Below the pieces are notes generated by a model. That model did no database searches and was not told the origin of the DNA. It saw only the letters and a program-made list of their open reading frames with translations. The position numbers and the translations under genes were made by a program. 64,000 nt of DNA. Origin: Ministeria vibrans ATCC 50519 (lineage: Eukaryota; Protista; Filasterea). The DNA lies in the NCBI GenBank assembly GCA_943704425.1, contig CALSCP010001674.1:53822-117821 (forward strand), written 5' to 3'. Below are positions 12,599-24,831 of the stretch, one piece after another. Every line of letters starts with the position of its first letter. The first letter of the stretch is position 1.

Positions 12599-13297
12599 TG
12601 TGTGTGTTGTTTAGTACGTCTGGAGCCAACTGGAGGAGACATTTCGCTCAAGCACCGCCATGATGTGGTGCTCGTACTTTCCTGTGCCCAACACCTTCTG
12701 GGGAGTAAGCACTTTTGCGTCGATTGATTCCAGCACATTGACATTTTGCCATTGTGTGTAGCAACTACGTGGAGAGCTTAACAAGGTCGACTGTGACTTG
12801 CGCCTGCTTCAGGTCGGCATCACCCGCGCCTATCTGCGCCGCAGCAAATACCGCAACGCCATGCCGGCCATCTACGGTCCCTCGGTTCTCATCTACTCCA
12901 AGTCAGCGTCGCTCGACGTCCTCCACCGCGTCACCAGCAAACACGCAGAGGTCCTTGAGGTAACTCTTATAAAGAGTGCACTGCGCTGCACTACCACCAC
13001 TCAGTCAATCGAATTCATGTTTATTTTTTATTTTTTTTGTGTGTGTGTGTTTGTCTGTGTTTTCAGCCGTCAGTTGCAATCACAGAGGGCGCGCTGTTCA
13101 ACTCAGACATGATCCAGGAGTATGCCAAGTCGCCTCCTCTGCCCTTCCTCCACTCTGAGCTCGTCTCGCTCCTCTCCACTCCTATTGCTCGCACTTCCCA
13201 GCTCCTTCAGTCACCGGCTCAGGAACTTTCCCGTCAAGTGGGTGAAATTGCAAAGGATGGCCAAGAGGAGGACGAACCGAAGGGACAAACACACTGA
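11917..13297 (+). CDS. MRPL10: Mitochondrial ribosomal protein uL10m (multi-exon)
   Basis: Arg/Ala-rich presequence. Spliced QLRGELNKVDCDLRLLQVGITRAYLRRSKYRNAMPAIYGPSVLI and IQEYAKSPPLPFLHSELVSLLSTP resemble the L10 family. Confidence 0.75.
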
Positions 13298-13482
13298 AAC
13301 GAAAAATGAACCCGTTTTACTTGTTGTATTGTTATATTGTTACCAATCAGAGAGAAGGAAAAATTGAGATGAGATCTGTCTTTAGATGAAGCTTTTTATT
13401 CGCAATACAGTCAATCAGTCAATAGTCAAATAGTCATCCATGATTTAATATTATTTATTTTAGAAGCCGTTACGTTGCTGCT

Positions 13483-14742
13483 ATGGTTGAGCTTCTCGCG
13501 TGGCAGTGGGAGATCTTATATGTGTTTGTGGCGTGGCGCGTCGTCTTTTATGCTGTCGGTTACCTTTCCGGACCTCTCGCACAGGTTGCACCTCTCCCCT
13601 GCTCCTCCCCTCCTCCCCGCTTCCCGGCTGTGCGTTGGAAATGCGTGCGTCCTGACATGGTGCGTGCGTAGGAGCATGGAATGGACCGCAAGAAGACGGC
13701 GCTTTGGCGTAACACGTTCGTTTCCTTTCTGCATGCCACAGCGGTGTGTCTGTTGACGTTTGTTGGATTTGTCGGTGACGCCAAATCCTGGCAGGATCTC
13801 ATCGAGTATGAGAACCCATGGCTGCGTATGACCATGGTGGTCAGCACTGGTAAGTGACTGTTCGTTGCACAGTCGATTTTTGGCCGAGAGAGACGTTTTT
13901 TTTTTTTGTGTCCAAGTAATTATCATACTCATCTCAACACCCACTCAAATTCACTCGAATATCACATTTCTTCTTGCCCTGACCAACAGCTACACTAATC
14001 ATATGGAATACACGGCGTAGCAGTTGCAGTATTGCTGTTGCTTTGCTGAAATCGTGACACTTAACTTCCACCCTCATATTTTGCAGCGTATTTTGTGCAC
14101 GACTTTTGCGATATGTACCTCAGTGGAATCCATCCGATTCTGGACGGCATCTTCCTGCACCACCTTGTTGTGATTACGGCCTTCCTTACCGCACTCTCGA
14201 GTCACGCCAACAGTGGCTATGTCGCCGCCTGTCTTCTCGTCGAATTCCACGGTTAGACAGACTCAGAATGACAACAGCAAAATAATTAGTATAATTAATT
14301 ATGATGCATCAACACTCATTTTTTTGTTTTTTTGTTTTTTTTTGTTTTTTTTGTTTTTTGTTTTTTGTTTTTTTGTAGGAATGTGGCTTCACGCTCGTCA
14401 GCTTGTGCGCCTCCTCGGCCTCCAGCGCACACACCCTCTCAGCACGGCCGTGCGCACTCTCAACTCCCTCACTATTGTTCCTTTCCGGCTCTACCTTCAC
14501 CTGCACCTGCCTGTCCGTGTCTACCTCGAGCGCCACCGCTTTCCTTCCATGATGCATGTCGCAGTTGCTGCCGGTGGAATGCTTGCTGTCAGTGTCATGA
14601 ACTTTGTCTTGGCCTATAGGTTTTTCCGGTATACACTGTTTCATTTGTTGTCACTCATGTTGGGCTAACCATACTATTTTTATATAATAGGTCTGAATAT
14701 TTCAAGGTGCGAGAGAACGGCGAAAAGTGTAAAACAACGTAG
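13483..14742 (+). CDS. TLC (TRAM/LAG1/CLN8) domain membrane protein, TLCD1/2-like
   Basis: Spliced GYFVHDFCDM...FLHHLVV...LLVEFHGMWLHARQL...PFRL motifs; several hydrophobic helices. Confidence 0.8.
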
Positions 14743-14845
14743 GATAAGAATCTTCCCATGAACCAATAAATAAACAGAACCATGGTGATAATGTACACAT
14801 CTACCCATCAATAAAGGACCATAAATAATAATAATTATTATACTA

Positions 14846-15571
14846 TTATTTTACGGTAAACATTTGGTACTCGGGCGATGAGCCTTCGGCAACCCACTCT
14901 TCGCGCAGCTGAGCTGCTGTGTGACCAGTGCACACGTGATCAGCGCCGTTGGTCGCGAGCATCGCTTCCAGAGCGCGCGTGACTCGTCCGCGGAGAATGC
15001 GATGGAGCGACGAGCGCACCCAGGCGATGCGAGCCTCCTCCGAGTCGCCCTGCGCCGCATTGACCAAGTCCACGACTTCATCGACTGTGAGAAAGGCCGC
15101 GTCGCCGATGGCAAGGATGCGGTGCATGGCACAGACAGGCGAGTCGTTGAAGGCGGCAAAGGCGTCGACGACGAACGCGTCGTCCTGCCGCATCAGGTTG
15201 AGGTAGCACGAATTCAGGTACTGTGCAAGCATCACTTTCAACGACACGCGCCCGCGCATCGCCGGAATGCGAACGAGCCCCATAAGCGGTCCTAACACAG
15301 CGAAAGCATTGTTTCAGCAACAACCACAACACGACAAACACCGAACCTGCACACGCCTGCGTTGTAAAGTCGATAAACGCTTCGCGATTTAACGTGCCAA
15401 ACGGCAATGGACCCGCTGGGGCGGCTGCGGCGATGCTGGGGTCGATCGCAGGCGCGCCAGCGCTGACTGGGGGTGCACTCTTGCTCTATGCCATGTGCAA
15501 TATATAATAAGAGCGAAAGGAACTAATGAAGCCCCATGGTTTGCCGTCCAACTCACCGTGGGAACCTTCAT
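14846..15571 (-). CDS. Hypothetical protein (3 exons), no family recognised
   Basis: MKVPT|SKSAPP...PFGTLNREAFIDFTTQACA|GPLMGLVRIP... joined in frame by two GT-AG introns; coding-like GC content. Confidence 0.55.
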
Positions 15572-15719
15572 AGTGACAAGGCGTCGTATCGGAGTTTAGA
15601 GAAAATGTACATGAAAACTGTGTGAATCTGAATTTATTCTGACAGACAATCTGTTCGTCTAATTGTTATATTCATTCATTTTATTCTTCACTCGACTGAC
15701 CCGACAAAAAAACGGCGTA

Positions 15720-17231
15720 ATGCAACACGTTGGACGCGTATTGTCTAAAGGGGCTGGGTTCTTTGATATGCTGGTGCCCGGCGTGGCGGGGGCCTGGTTC
15801 TGGTCGCCGACACTGTTTCTTCTGCCGATAGGACGAGCAAAAACGACCGAATGGAAACTCAAGCTTGCCACGGCGCTTGTGGACACGCCGCAAGCACTCT
15901 GGCCGTCTCGACTTATTGGCTTGTTTCATATCTTCATGCTGCTGTGGCTTCACCGCGTCTACGGGACGCTTGTGGGTCTCAGTGACGAGTCGCTCTTCAC
16001 CGTTGACATTTGCAACGAAGTTCACATCGATCCCTATACAGCAACTCAGCTCAGTGCAGCCATGGCCACTGCCTCATACGCACTCATTGTAGCCGACCTC
16101 ACGCGCGAAGACAAAGGTCTTCTTAATTACATTGGCCTCTTTGGATGGTCTGTCCTGCTCACGTCGTCCAACCATGACCACAACGGATACATTGTACGCC
16201 TCCCCAAGCAACGCACCCCTCCCCGCACATACACACACACACACATCACATCACAAGTGTACCCCACTACCCTCATCCATGCTATTGTGTTCCGCTCGTC
16301 CCGAATCGTTCGCAGTCGCACAATTGTATCCCGTTCCGCCACCTCAGCTAACTGAATCACTCTTTCCCTCTCTTTCTTTTTGCTTCTGTAGCGCGCCCTC
16401 CTCCTGTACGCCATAGGAGAGCAGCTCCACATTCTCTCTCAGCTGGCACTTTCCACGCTGCAGTCCATCACGGCCCTTGCAAAGCCTATCGAGTGGTTTC
16501 TGTACATCAGTGCGCGCCTTGTCAAATCCGTCGCGTGCGGGGCACACGAAGCGCGCATTCTCGACGCCTGTGCACGCTCATGCCCTTCCTCGGGTGCCCC
16601 GCTCTTCTTCTGGTACACCTTCGGGCTCAGCTACGTCCCCGACCGCATTGTGTTTGCCCTCCTCCGTTTAGTCGCCTGGGTCTTCTTCTTTCAACCTTCC
16701 GCCGTCTTCTACGTCACTCTTCGTCACCTCTTCTCCGCACTGCTCAATCTCGCCGGAATCACACTTGCCGCCTTTGCTCCAAATATTATCAACAATGTTG
16801 TCCAGCAGCAGCAACAACAACAGCAGCAGCAGCAACAGCAAGTCAACCCCTTTCTCAACAACGTACAAAGAGAAGTGTTTGCTTTTGTGTGTTTGACAGA
16901 GAGAGAGTGACTTAAAAATTCATTCACTAGGCACTAACACATCAGGGTGAGCCCGGGACGCAACAACAACAAGATGACGACCCCTCCGAATGGGTGCACG
17001 TCGACTCGGACGGAAACACACACACAGACAATGACCACTCTACTACGACTCATGTGGACACTAATCCTTCAAGTACTACCTCTGATCCGCGTGGAAGTGA
17101 TGCTGCTGAGACGGGCTGTGTTGTGTGCTACGATGCCAGTCCCAATATGTGTCTTCTCCCTTGTCGGTACCATTCGCACTCAGACACACACACACTCACA
17201 CATACAAGCTCAATTCATCACTCCCGCACAC

Positions 17232-17265
<34 letters not shown>

Positions 17266-17420
17266 CCTTTCTCTCCTCATTTTCCTCTTCCTCTCTTTGT
17301 AGACACGTTTGTGTGTGTCAAGAGTGCTCTCAGCAAATGGGTCAAAATGGCTTTACAACATGTCCGCTCTGTAACCAGCGAGTTGATAGTGTTTTTCAAG
17401 TGTTTATTGCCTCTAAATAA
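15720..17420 (+). CDS. Multi-transmembrane protein with C-terminal RING-HC finger (putative E3 ligase)
   Basis: Hydrophobic segments and a short polyQ. RING split by an intron: CVVCYDASPNMCLLPCR|HVCVCQECS...CPLCNQRVDSVFQVF. Confidence 0.75.
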
Positions 17421-17525
17421 TAAAATCGTGTTTCACCAAAGTTCACAATGGCGATTGACAATTAATCTCAAAACTCTCTTATTAATTGATATTTCTCAAT
17501 TCTCATTTCATTTCCCCATCGTTTT

Positions 17526-18999
17526 ATGACATTCCCTCTCCAACCACCGCAACAGTTTGCCGGACCTCCTCCTGCCTTCCAGCGTCCACGAGAGGTCCGC
17601 AATTCGCGTTAGTTGTTGCTGACGGAAAAATATCAACACTCTCATTTCGCTCTAGGTGGGCCAAATGTCTCGCGATGACAACTTACAGTGGCACTTTGAC
17701 AATCGTCAGGAGCTGGTACAAGCGAAAAAAAAGCAAAAAACAAAAAAACACTGTGTCTGGGATATCATAATCATTCTGTGTTGTTTGTTTCAAGCGTCTT
17801 CTTGCTTGTCCACCGTCGACTTGCGACCTCAACGACGGCCTTGCGTCCTTCATCCAGAAGGATGTCGATGCGGAACGTCGTCAGCGGCTCCGTCCCATCC
17901 AAGACTATCTGGATTTCAAGGGATTGCTTAGCAGCGACGCACTGAAAGGCACAATGCTCACTCTCAATCACTTTGTGTTTCTCTCTATTACTTTGTCTAT
18001 CTCTCTCTCTATTACTTTGTCTCTTTCTCTCTCTTTCTTTCTATCACGTTGCGTCTCTCTCTCTCTCTCTCTCTCTATCACTTTGATCTCTCTCTCTATC
18101 ACTTTCTCTATCACTTTGTTTCTCTCCCTCTCTATCTATCTATCTCAATCTCATTCACTCACTTTGCTATTCTCACTACATCAGGCACCATTGTGGCTTG
18201 GCGAGGAACCCTTACGAAACTCATGTGCGCCGTGTACGAACAATGGAATGGCTGGAGGATACACGCGCGGAGGCGAAACGGAGTGGTGTACCTGTGGGAG
18301 GAGGAAACGGACGAGGCACTCACGCGACGCAAACAGAACGAGGCACAGCCCGAGTCACGCGACGCGCGTATGTGCTACTGGGGCTACAAATTTGAGCAGT
18401 TTTGCTGTTCGGCCAATGCAGAAGCGGTGCACGCCCAAGACATCGAGACACTCTCGCGCGAATGGACGCAGCCCGTCGACACACGCGCCTCCTACTGCTC
18501 GCTTGTTGCCACACGTCTTGACCGTCACCCGCTTCTCATGGCCGGCGAAGTTGATTGCTGTGTCCCGGAGACACCAGGCGTGCAGTCACCTACGTCGGTG
18601 CACTCTCGCTATGTCGAGCTAAAAACGTCGCGTGTACTTCAGAGCGAACATGACCAGGTCAAATTCGAAAGGAAAATGCTCAAACTGTGGGCGCAGTCGT
18701 TTCTCCTGGGCATCCCCACCATCATTGTGGGCTTTCGCGACGACCAAGGCACTGTGCGCGACATCCAGACATTTGAAACAGTGAGCATGGCGCGACTCGT
18801 GCGAGGCAAACCGCACGCCTGGGACGCCAGTGTCGCACTGCGCTCTCTCTCCGCAATCCTCGCTCACATTACGCTTCATCTTGATCGCCTCGAACACTCC
18901 TCTTCCGCCACTCTAGTTGAACCCGCTCTTCAACTTGATTTCGCAAAACCCTTCAAGGCCATTCACCTTTCAACGTCCACAGTCGATTTTTTGTCATAA
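17526..18999 (+). CDS. DXO: Decapping and exoribonuclease DXO/Rai1/Dom3z
   Basis: WRGTLTKLM, YWGYKFEQF, GEVDC, YVELKTS, KLWAQSFLLGIPTIIVGFRDDQG motifs. Confidence 0.93.
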
Positions 19000-19064
19000 T
19001 AATATTAAGAATAAGAATATTGTACCAGACTAATAAAAAGATACCATTGTAAAAAGCAAACAAA

Positions 19065-21663
19065 TTAGCAAGTGGCAGGAGCAATCCATTCATAGCCATT
19101 CAAGCCGGACGCGCCCATTCCACCGCCCTGCACCACACCAATGCGATCGCCGTGCTCGTCACGAGACAGTGAGCCCAGCACCGCATACTCCACTCCCCGA
19201 GACATGTCACTCGGAACGTTGGCAGTCACGTCAAACGTTTCCCGGTCAAACACATCTCCCCCCCAGTCCACCACCATGCCATCACCCATCGTATCAGTCG
19301 TCGTCACCGCTTCTGCATCATCAGCATTCTCCGCATCCCTAGCGCCGTACGGCCGTTGCTGGAAGAGAATGGTGCGTCCCAGGAGAGGAAGGGCCGTCTC
19401 CAGTGTCGGCCGATGCACTACTGGCTCACCCCGGCGCATCTCATTCAGCCCCACACCTATAGATAATACGCAAGCGTGCAGCGAGTAGGTGTGTCATATA
19501 AAAAGTCAAAGAAACAAAGTCAAATCCACACGCGTGCACGCAGTCATGAACATCCAAAAAAATACATATACTTTTTGCCCGAAGCACACATTATCTTACT
19601 GCGTGGGAGCACTCGGAATGTCTTGAGCGGCTGAAGGTACGGGGGAATACCGTTCTCTTCGGGGTTGTCGTAGCCTCGGCCACCGTGTGAGAATTCGTCG
19701 AGGAACTGCTTGAGAGACAGAGTGCGTGTGCCATCGGCATGCACCTTGCCGACGGGCCCGTGCTCGAGTGGGTCACTCGCACTGCTGCCTCCACTGCTAC
19801 TGCTGCTGCTACTACTGCTACTACTGGTGCTGCTCTCGACCGGTTTGGGCTTCTCATCAACGCAAAGGGAGGCATTGGTGGCGCCACGGACCACATAGGG
19901 CAGTGCAATGGGACGCCCCGAGGCAGCGGGGTCGTCGACAACGTATGAGGCGTGGAAGCGCACGAGGCGCGCCGCTTGCACTGACGTGCATGAGATGGTC
20001 GCCGGACGGTCGTCGTCGAGCAGCAGTGTCGCAAACTCCCAGTCGGTACAGCCGGTGGGACACAGTCCAATGGCAGCGTATGGAGGCACGCGCGGCGTGG
20101 GAAGGTGACGTGGGGTATCAAGGGAAGCGTCGTAAAGTGGATGTTGACGCCAGATGACGGCATAAGTGCCCGGTGGATAAGCAATGCTCCACAGGCCCAG
20201 GAGGACCCCTTCGGCGCCGGAGGCAAGACTGTATGCTTGCCAGCACTGCGGCGCAAGCGCAATGAGTGTCGTGTTCGAAAGTACAAGCAGGCGTGTGGAA
20301 CGGGGCAGGGACAGAGTAAGCACGCACTCACTAGAGCGCAAGTGCCACAGATGCACTGTTGAGACGCAAGCGGAGCGCACGTCAAAAAAGACCACTTGAG
20401 TGCCATCGGGCGATAGTGTCCATCTGCCCCCACTAGCCTTGTCGTTGCCATGTGCGGATGTGAAGAGACGACGCTGGCGGAACCAGTCGTGCGCACACGG
20501 TGCAAATACGTTCGAGTCAAAAGCATAGTAGCTACTCTCGCAGTCGCGTGCACCCGGCTCCGCCTCAGGCAATGGCACACGATGGATCAAACTCAGCGTG
20601 CTGAGCGAGTACAATGCTGCAGTGCCCGTCGGAAGCACTGCGAGCAGTGTATCGCCCCGCACCAACAGTCGTGAGTGGACGTCGGTAGCAGTGGCTGCCG
20701 CACACGCTTCCAGCTTGGCGACAATGCTCAGACGCACCTCCTCCGAAATGAGCCCATCGGTGCCCTCCAACGTACCTGCGCAAATATCCTTGACGAGCGT
20801 GTCGGCAGCCAAGTGGGCAAGATTAGGCGCAGCTGCATTGGCGTCTGTGTCATTAGTGTGCTCGGCAGCTCGACGCGACAAGAAGAGACCCGTGTGTGCA
20901 TCAAACACAAACTGGTCGGCGACCACAATGTGTGCCGCATCACCGACCACATTCAGCGGGTTAGTGTTGATCAGTTTCACACACGTGTCGAGCAGGACGC
21001 GACGCTCCTCCTCCTCGGCGGGCGACGTCGACGGTGCAAAGCCGAGCACAACGGCTGCCTCATCGTCGCCACCAAGCCCTAGCCGGCCTATGGGCACTTG
21101 GCCATCTTCGAACCAGGTGTGCACGAGGAGATACTCGCTGTTCTGCGACCACACAAACTGAACGGCGCTGTCCTGACCATTGTCGGGGTAGAAGGTGCGC
21201 TGCTTCTCGCCGCTGAATGGATCCAGCACGATCAGCCCGTTGGTATCGTAGTCAAGCGCCACCCAGTTGCCATCGGGGCTCCACAGCAGCGCATTGTTGA
21301 CGTTGACACAGCCATTCGACTCAAATGCGGCGCCTGAGTTGATGGGGATCGATCGAACAGGAAGGCCCTAAGTCACAACATAATCATCAGCTTGCGGTTT
21401 AGCTCATGTTCACTCCGTACCGTTCGCATATCGACGATCTCAACAAAGGTGGTCGAGCCATAGTCTGCTCCATTCTCCGTGTCGGATGCAAACGCAATGT
21501 AGTCGTGTGTGGGTGCGATTCCAACCGCACAAATAGTGCTGACAGGACGACCACCAAATTGCACTCGACCTTGCCCACTCTCCAGCACCTCTCTCAGCGC
21601 CTGACGCGCTTCCGCTCCGCCGCGATCCACAAGGGCATTTTGAAACGTGGAAAATAACGACAT
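19065..21663 (-). CDS. Hypothetical beta-propeller (WD40-like) protein, 3 exons
   Basis: LLWSPD, FVWSQNSEYLLV and WTLSPDGTQVVF blade-like motifs. Three co-oriented ORFs separated by short GT-AG introns. Confidence 0.55.
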
Positions 21664-21750
21664 GGAAACAATCAAAAGACAAAATATTGGTTGAACTAAA
21701 TAGAAAATTCGAATTTCGATTCAAACCTTTTGCGATCAGAAAAGAGATAA

Positions 21751-23145
21751 ATGAACGTAGTGCTCGCCCTTATCACTGTCCTCTCGGCGGGCGCGGTGCA
21801 TTGGCTACTACAAAGTCCCCGCGTGCCCTCTTTGAATGCTGACATGGCGGCCAGGGTGCTCACCAACGCAGCAGTGGGATGCGAACACCTCGATTTCAAT
21901 GCGCCCCTCCAGCTCCTCTTCCTTGTGTGTACGTCGAATCCCCGTGGCAACCAGGCCGTGGATGAGCCTGCTCCGTCTGCAGCGCAGCAGGTCGAGCCTT
22001 CGTCGTGGCTGGAAACCCAGCGAGACGGATCGTTTGAGCGCCATCGAGTGGCGGTGGTGAGCACATCTCTGTCAGGGAATCTCCTGTCGAAACTCGCCTA
22101 CGTACAGGCTGTTGGAGGGCCCCTTGATCCCACCTGGACACCTCGGGATGCCGACGGGGCTCTCCCACTCGACTCGCAGCGAATCTCGGGACTCTCAGTG
22201 GTGCACTACAAGAATCAGACCAGCGTACTCCTGGGATGGGCTCGCGACTGTGTCCTCGACTACCGCCTCACAGCTGCCAAAGAAATCACCTTCCACTCGT
22301 ACGTGTGTCACCCCACCCTCCTTGTGGGTCTCAATGCCCTTGCTTCGTTTACTACCAACTCGGATCGCTGGCTCTTTGCGACGGCCGCCTCTCAACCCAT
22401 TCCCAATTTGTCTCAAGACGCCAGTTTCTTCCCCTCACCTTCCCTCCTTCACGCCTCTTCGTCCCACCTTGTCTCATGTCGCGCTCCACACACCGAACAC
22501 TCTACTTGGACGTGCACAGCAGTGCTCGAGGGCCTCAGTGGTGCGTCGGGTGTTGCTGTGGGCCACGACGGTCGCACACTCTACGTGAGTCAGAGCGGCT
22601 CCCGCACCATCTCGTCCTTTCGCCACAACCGCAAAGACGGCTCGGTTGTCCCACACCCCACCGGGGTTATTTCAACCAATGCATCATGTGTGAGTCTCCG
22701 GATGCGGCCCATCACTACCGCAGTGAGACCCACAGAGGCGCCTGAGCAGCTTATCGCGAGCTGCCTCCGCGCCCCACAACGCCTCACCCAATGGCTTCCT
22801 GGCCATCTCATCTCCCACCACGCCTCAAGTGCCCTTCTCCTCCGCATCTCCACCACACGTCGCCCCAGCAGCAGCAGCAGCAGCAGCAGCTCTAGTAGTA
22901 GTCATGGTGCTAGTAGCAGCAGTAGCATACAGGGCAGCGGCTGCCATGTCACACACGCCGAGCCCCTCCTGCGCGAGAGCACCCTCCGCGACAACGATGT
23001 CTTCGCACCCCAGCCCACCACTGCCACTCCGACCCTCGGCTACACCGTCTACATGGGCGCACGCCACTCGCGCGGTCTTATGCGCGTCAAGATTCTCGAT
23101 GAGTTTCAGGCAGAAGTTAGAAAGGCAACAAGTCACATGGGATAA
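21751..23145 (+). CDS. Paraoxonase/arylesterase-like six-bladed propeller with N-terminal signal anchor (degenerate active site)
   Basis: Hydrophobic N-terminus; GCEHL, HPTLLVGLNAL, LEGLSGASGVAVGHDGRTLYVSQS match the PON layout. Intronless. Confidence 0.62.
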   Translation: MNVVLALITVLSAGAVHWLLQSPRVPSLNADMAARVLTNAAVGCEHLDFNAPLQLLFLVCTSNPRGNQAVDEPAPSAAQQVEPSSWLETQRDGSFERHRVAVVSTSLSGNLLSKLAYVQAVGGPLDPTWTPRDADGALPLDSQRISGLSVVHYKNQTSVLLGWARDCVLDYRLTAAKEITFHSYVCHPTLLVGLNALASFTTNSDRWLFATAASQPIPNLSQDASFFPSPSLLHASSSHLVSCRAPHTEHSTWTCTAVLEGLSGASGVAVGHDGRTLYVSQSGSRTISSFRHNRKDGSVVPHPTGVISTNASCVSLRMRPITTAVRPTEAPEQLIASCLRAPQRLTQWLPGHLISHHASSALLLRISTTRRPSSSSSSSSSSSSHGASSSSSIQGSGCHVTHAEPLLRESTLRDNDVFAPQPTTATPTLGYTVYMGARHSRGLMRVKILDEFQAEVRKATSHMG

Positions 23146-23216
23146 TCCTTCACAGTATACTTCTCTCTCTCCCTCTCTCTACACACGCACACAAAATACA
23201 CATGTAACCACGATTC

Positions 23217-24181
23217 TCATTTGTGAGTCAGGAGATGCTCCTTCAAGTGAGACATATTCTTGAGTGGCAATGCACAACAATGACACACCATGGGCCTCTT
23301 GAGCATCGCCTCTGCTGCGTCCCTGTCAACTGCAATGTGCCCAGTGCGCTCAAGCATCTCGATTACTTGTGTGAGTGGCAGGAAAAATTCCGTGGTAAAA
23401 CTGTTGTAGTGTTTCTTGGTTTTCAGTGAAGTGGAGTTGAAGTCGGTTGAAATGACGTGCATGTGGAGTGGTGGTAATGAGGGCACCGAGTGAAATCCCA
23501 TTCGAAATGCGGTAGTGTGCGCGCACTCATTTTTTAAGCGCTCCTCGGCTATCCGTGCCTCTCCTCGCGCCTTCATGCGCTCCAGCAGTGGCAAATGTTC
23601 ACGCCCAAGAGACTTGACATCACGTACTGAACCATCCGCAGGCAGTACGAGCCAGTGCCACTGTGCCTTGGGAAAGGCATCTACAATGAGTGCAACGCCA
23701 TCCTCTTGCACCAATACCCCTTGCTCTTGAATCTTCTTCAGAAGAACATTCTCCCAAGGTCGAAAGCCCGCAGCCTTCTTTGATGTCGATGCTGCGGTCG
23801 CTGCCTTCTGCTTCAGCTGCTGAGGTGGCGGCATCCGCTTGGCAGTGGGCGCGTCCACCTCGTCCACGCCAAGCGAGCCTTCAGTCGCACTCCGTTTTCG
23901 TGCAGCACTCTCCCTTGCTTTCTCGCCACGGCCCACTTCACTACAATCACTTGCTTGGCTATCGAGCGAACGCCGCACAATCCTGACATAGTACGGCGGC
24001 ATCTCTTTGCGGGCGAGAAAGCGAAACGAGTCGCCGTCCAACAGTTCCGTTTGGGCTCCCTGCTCCAGCCGCTCATTACGGACTTCCACGGCGTTCACGC
24101 CCTGACACTCCACACTCAACGTTCCCTCCTCCACATCCGCAACAAACACCGCCTGCTTCCGGCTCACGCCTGGGTGCTGAG

Positions 24182-24234
<53 letters not shown>

Positions 24235-24376
24235 GTGTCAGCGACTGTGTATCGATCTGGGCATTCGCTTGTCTTACCATTATCCCTGTTGTTGGCCCGC
24301 GTCCCAATTCAACACGGCCGTGCTTAATTCGAATGGTGACCATTCCCTCTCCAGACGTCAGTGATATTTTGAACAT
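23217..24376 (-). CDS. APTX: Aprataxin (FHA + HIT + zinc finger)
   Basis: LGRGP..|..VSRKQ (FHA), DAFPKAQWHWLVLP, GFHSVPSLPPLHMHVISTDF, KTKKHYNSFTTEFF, CHCC..LKEHL. One (CA)n-containing intron. Confidence 0.93.
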
Positions 24377-24800
24377 TGTCAAAAAAAATTGTGTGAGATG
24401 AATAAGAAAAATTCGAATGATCGTAAATGACTGTATAAAATGGAGACCAAAGCCATTTTTTGTCACGCCCTTCAACTTGCCCTCTCCCTAAATACCCCCT
24501 TGTCTGAGACATGAGAGTGATGAGACATCTCTCCGAACCTTAAATCGTGATTAACCTGACCCCCGGCACCAGGATCAGCGCAGTCAAATAAATGTATTCC
24601 TCCAACACCATCTGTGAGTTTTTCAGTTGACACTAGACAGTTCACACTCATCAGTCATCAGCCAACAGCCATCACTGAATACTGATCAGTGATCACTGAA
24701 GTTCACTCATCACAGCTCATAAATTTAATTGGTATAATAAAATAATAATAAAATAAGAATCCTATTGACCTATTCATTTGTGTTTCGAACTTCGCTCTGC

Positions 24801-24826
<26 letters not shown>

Positions 24827-24831
<5 letters not shown>

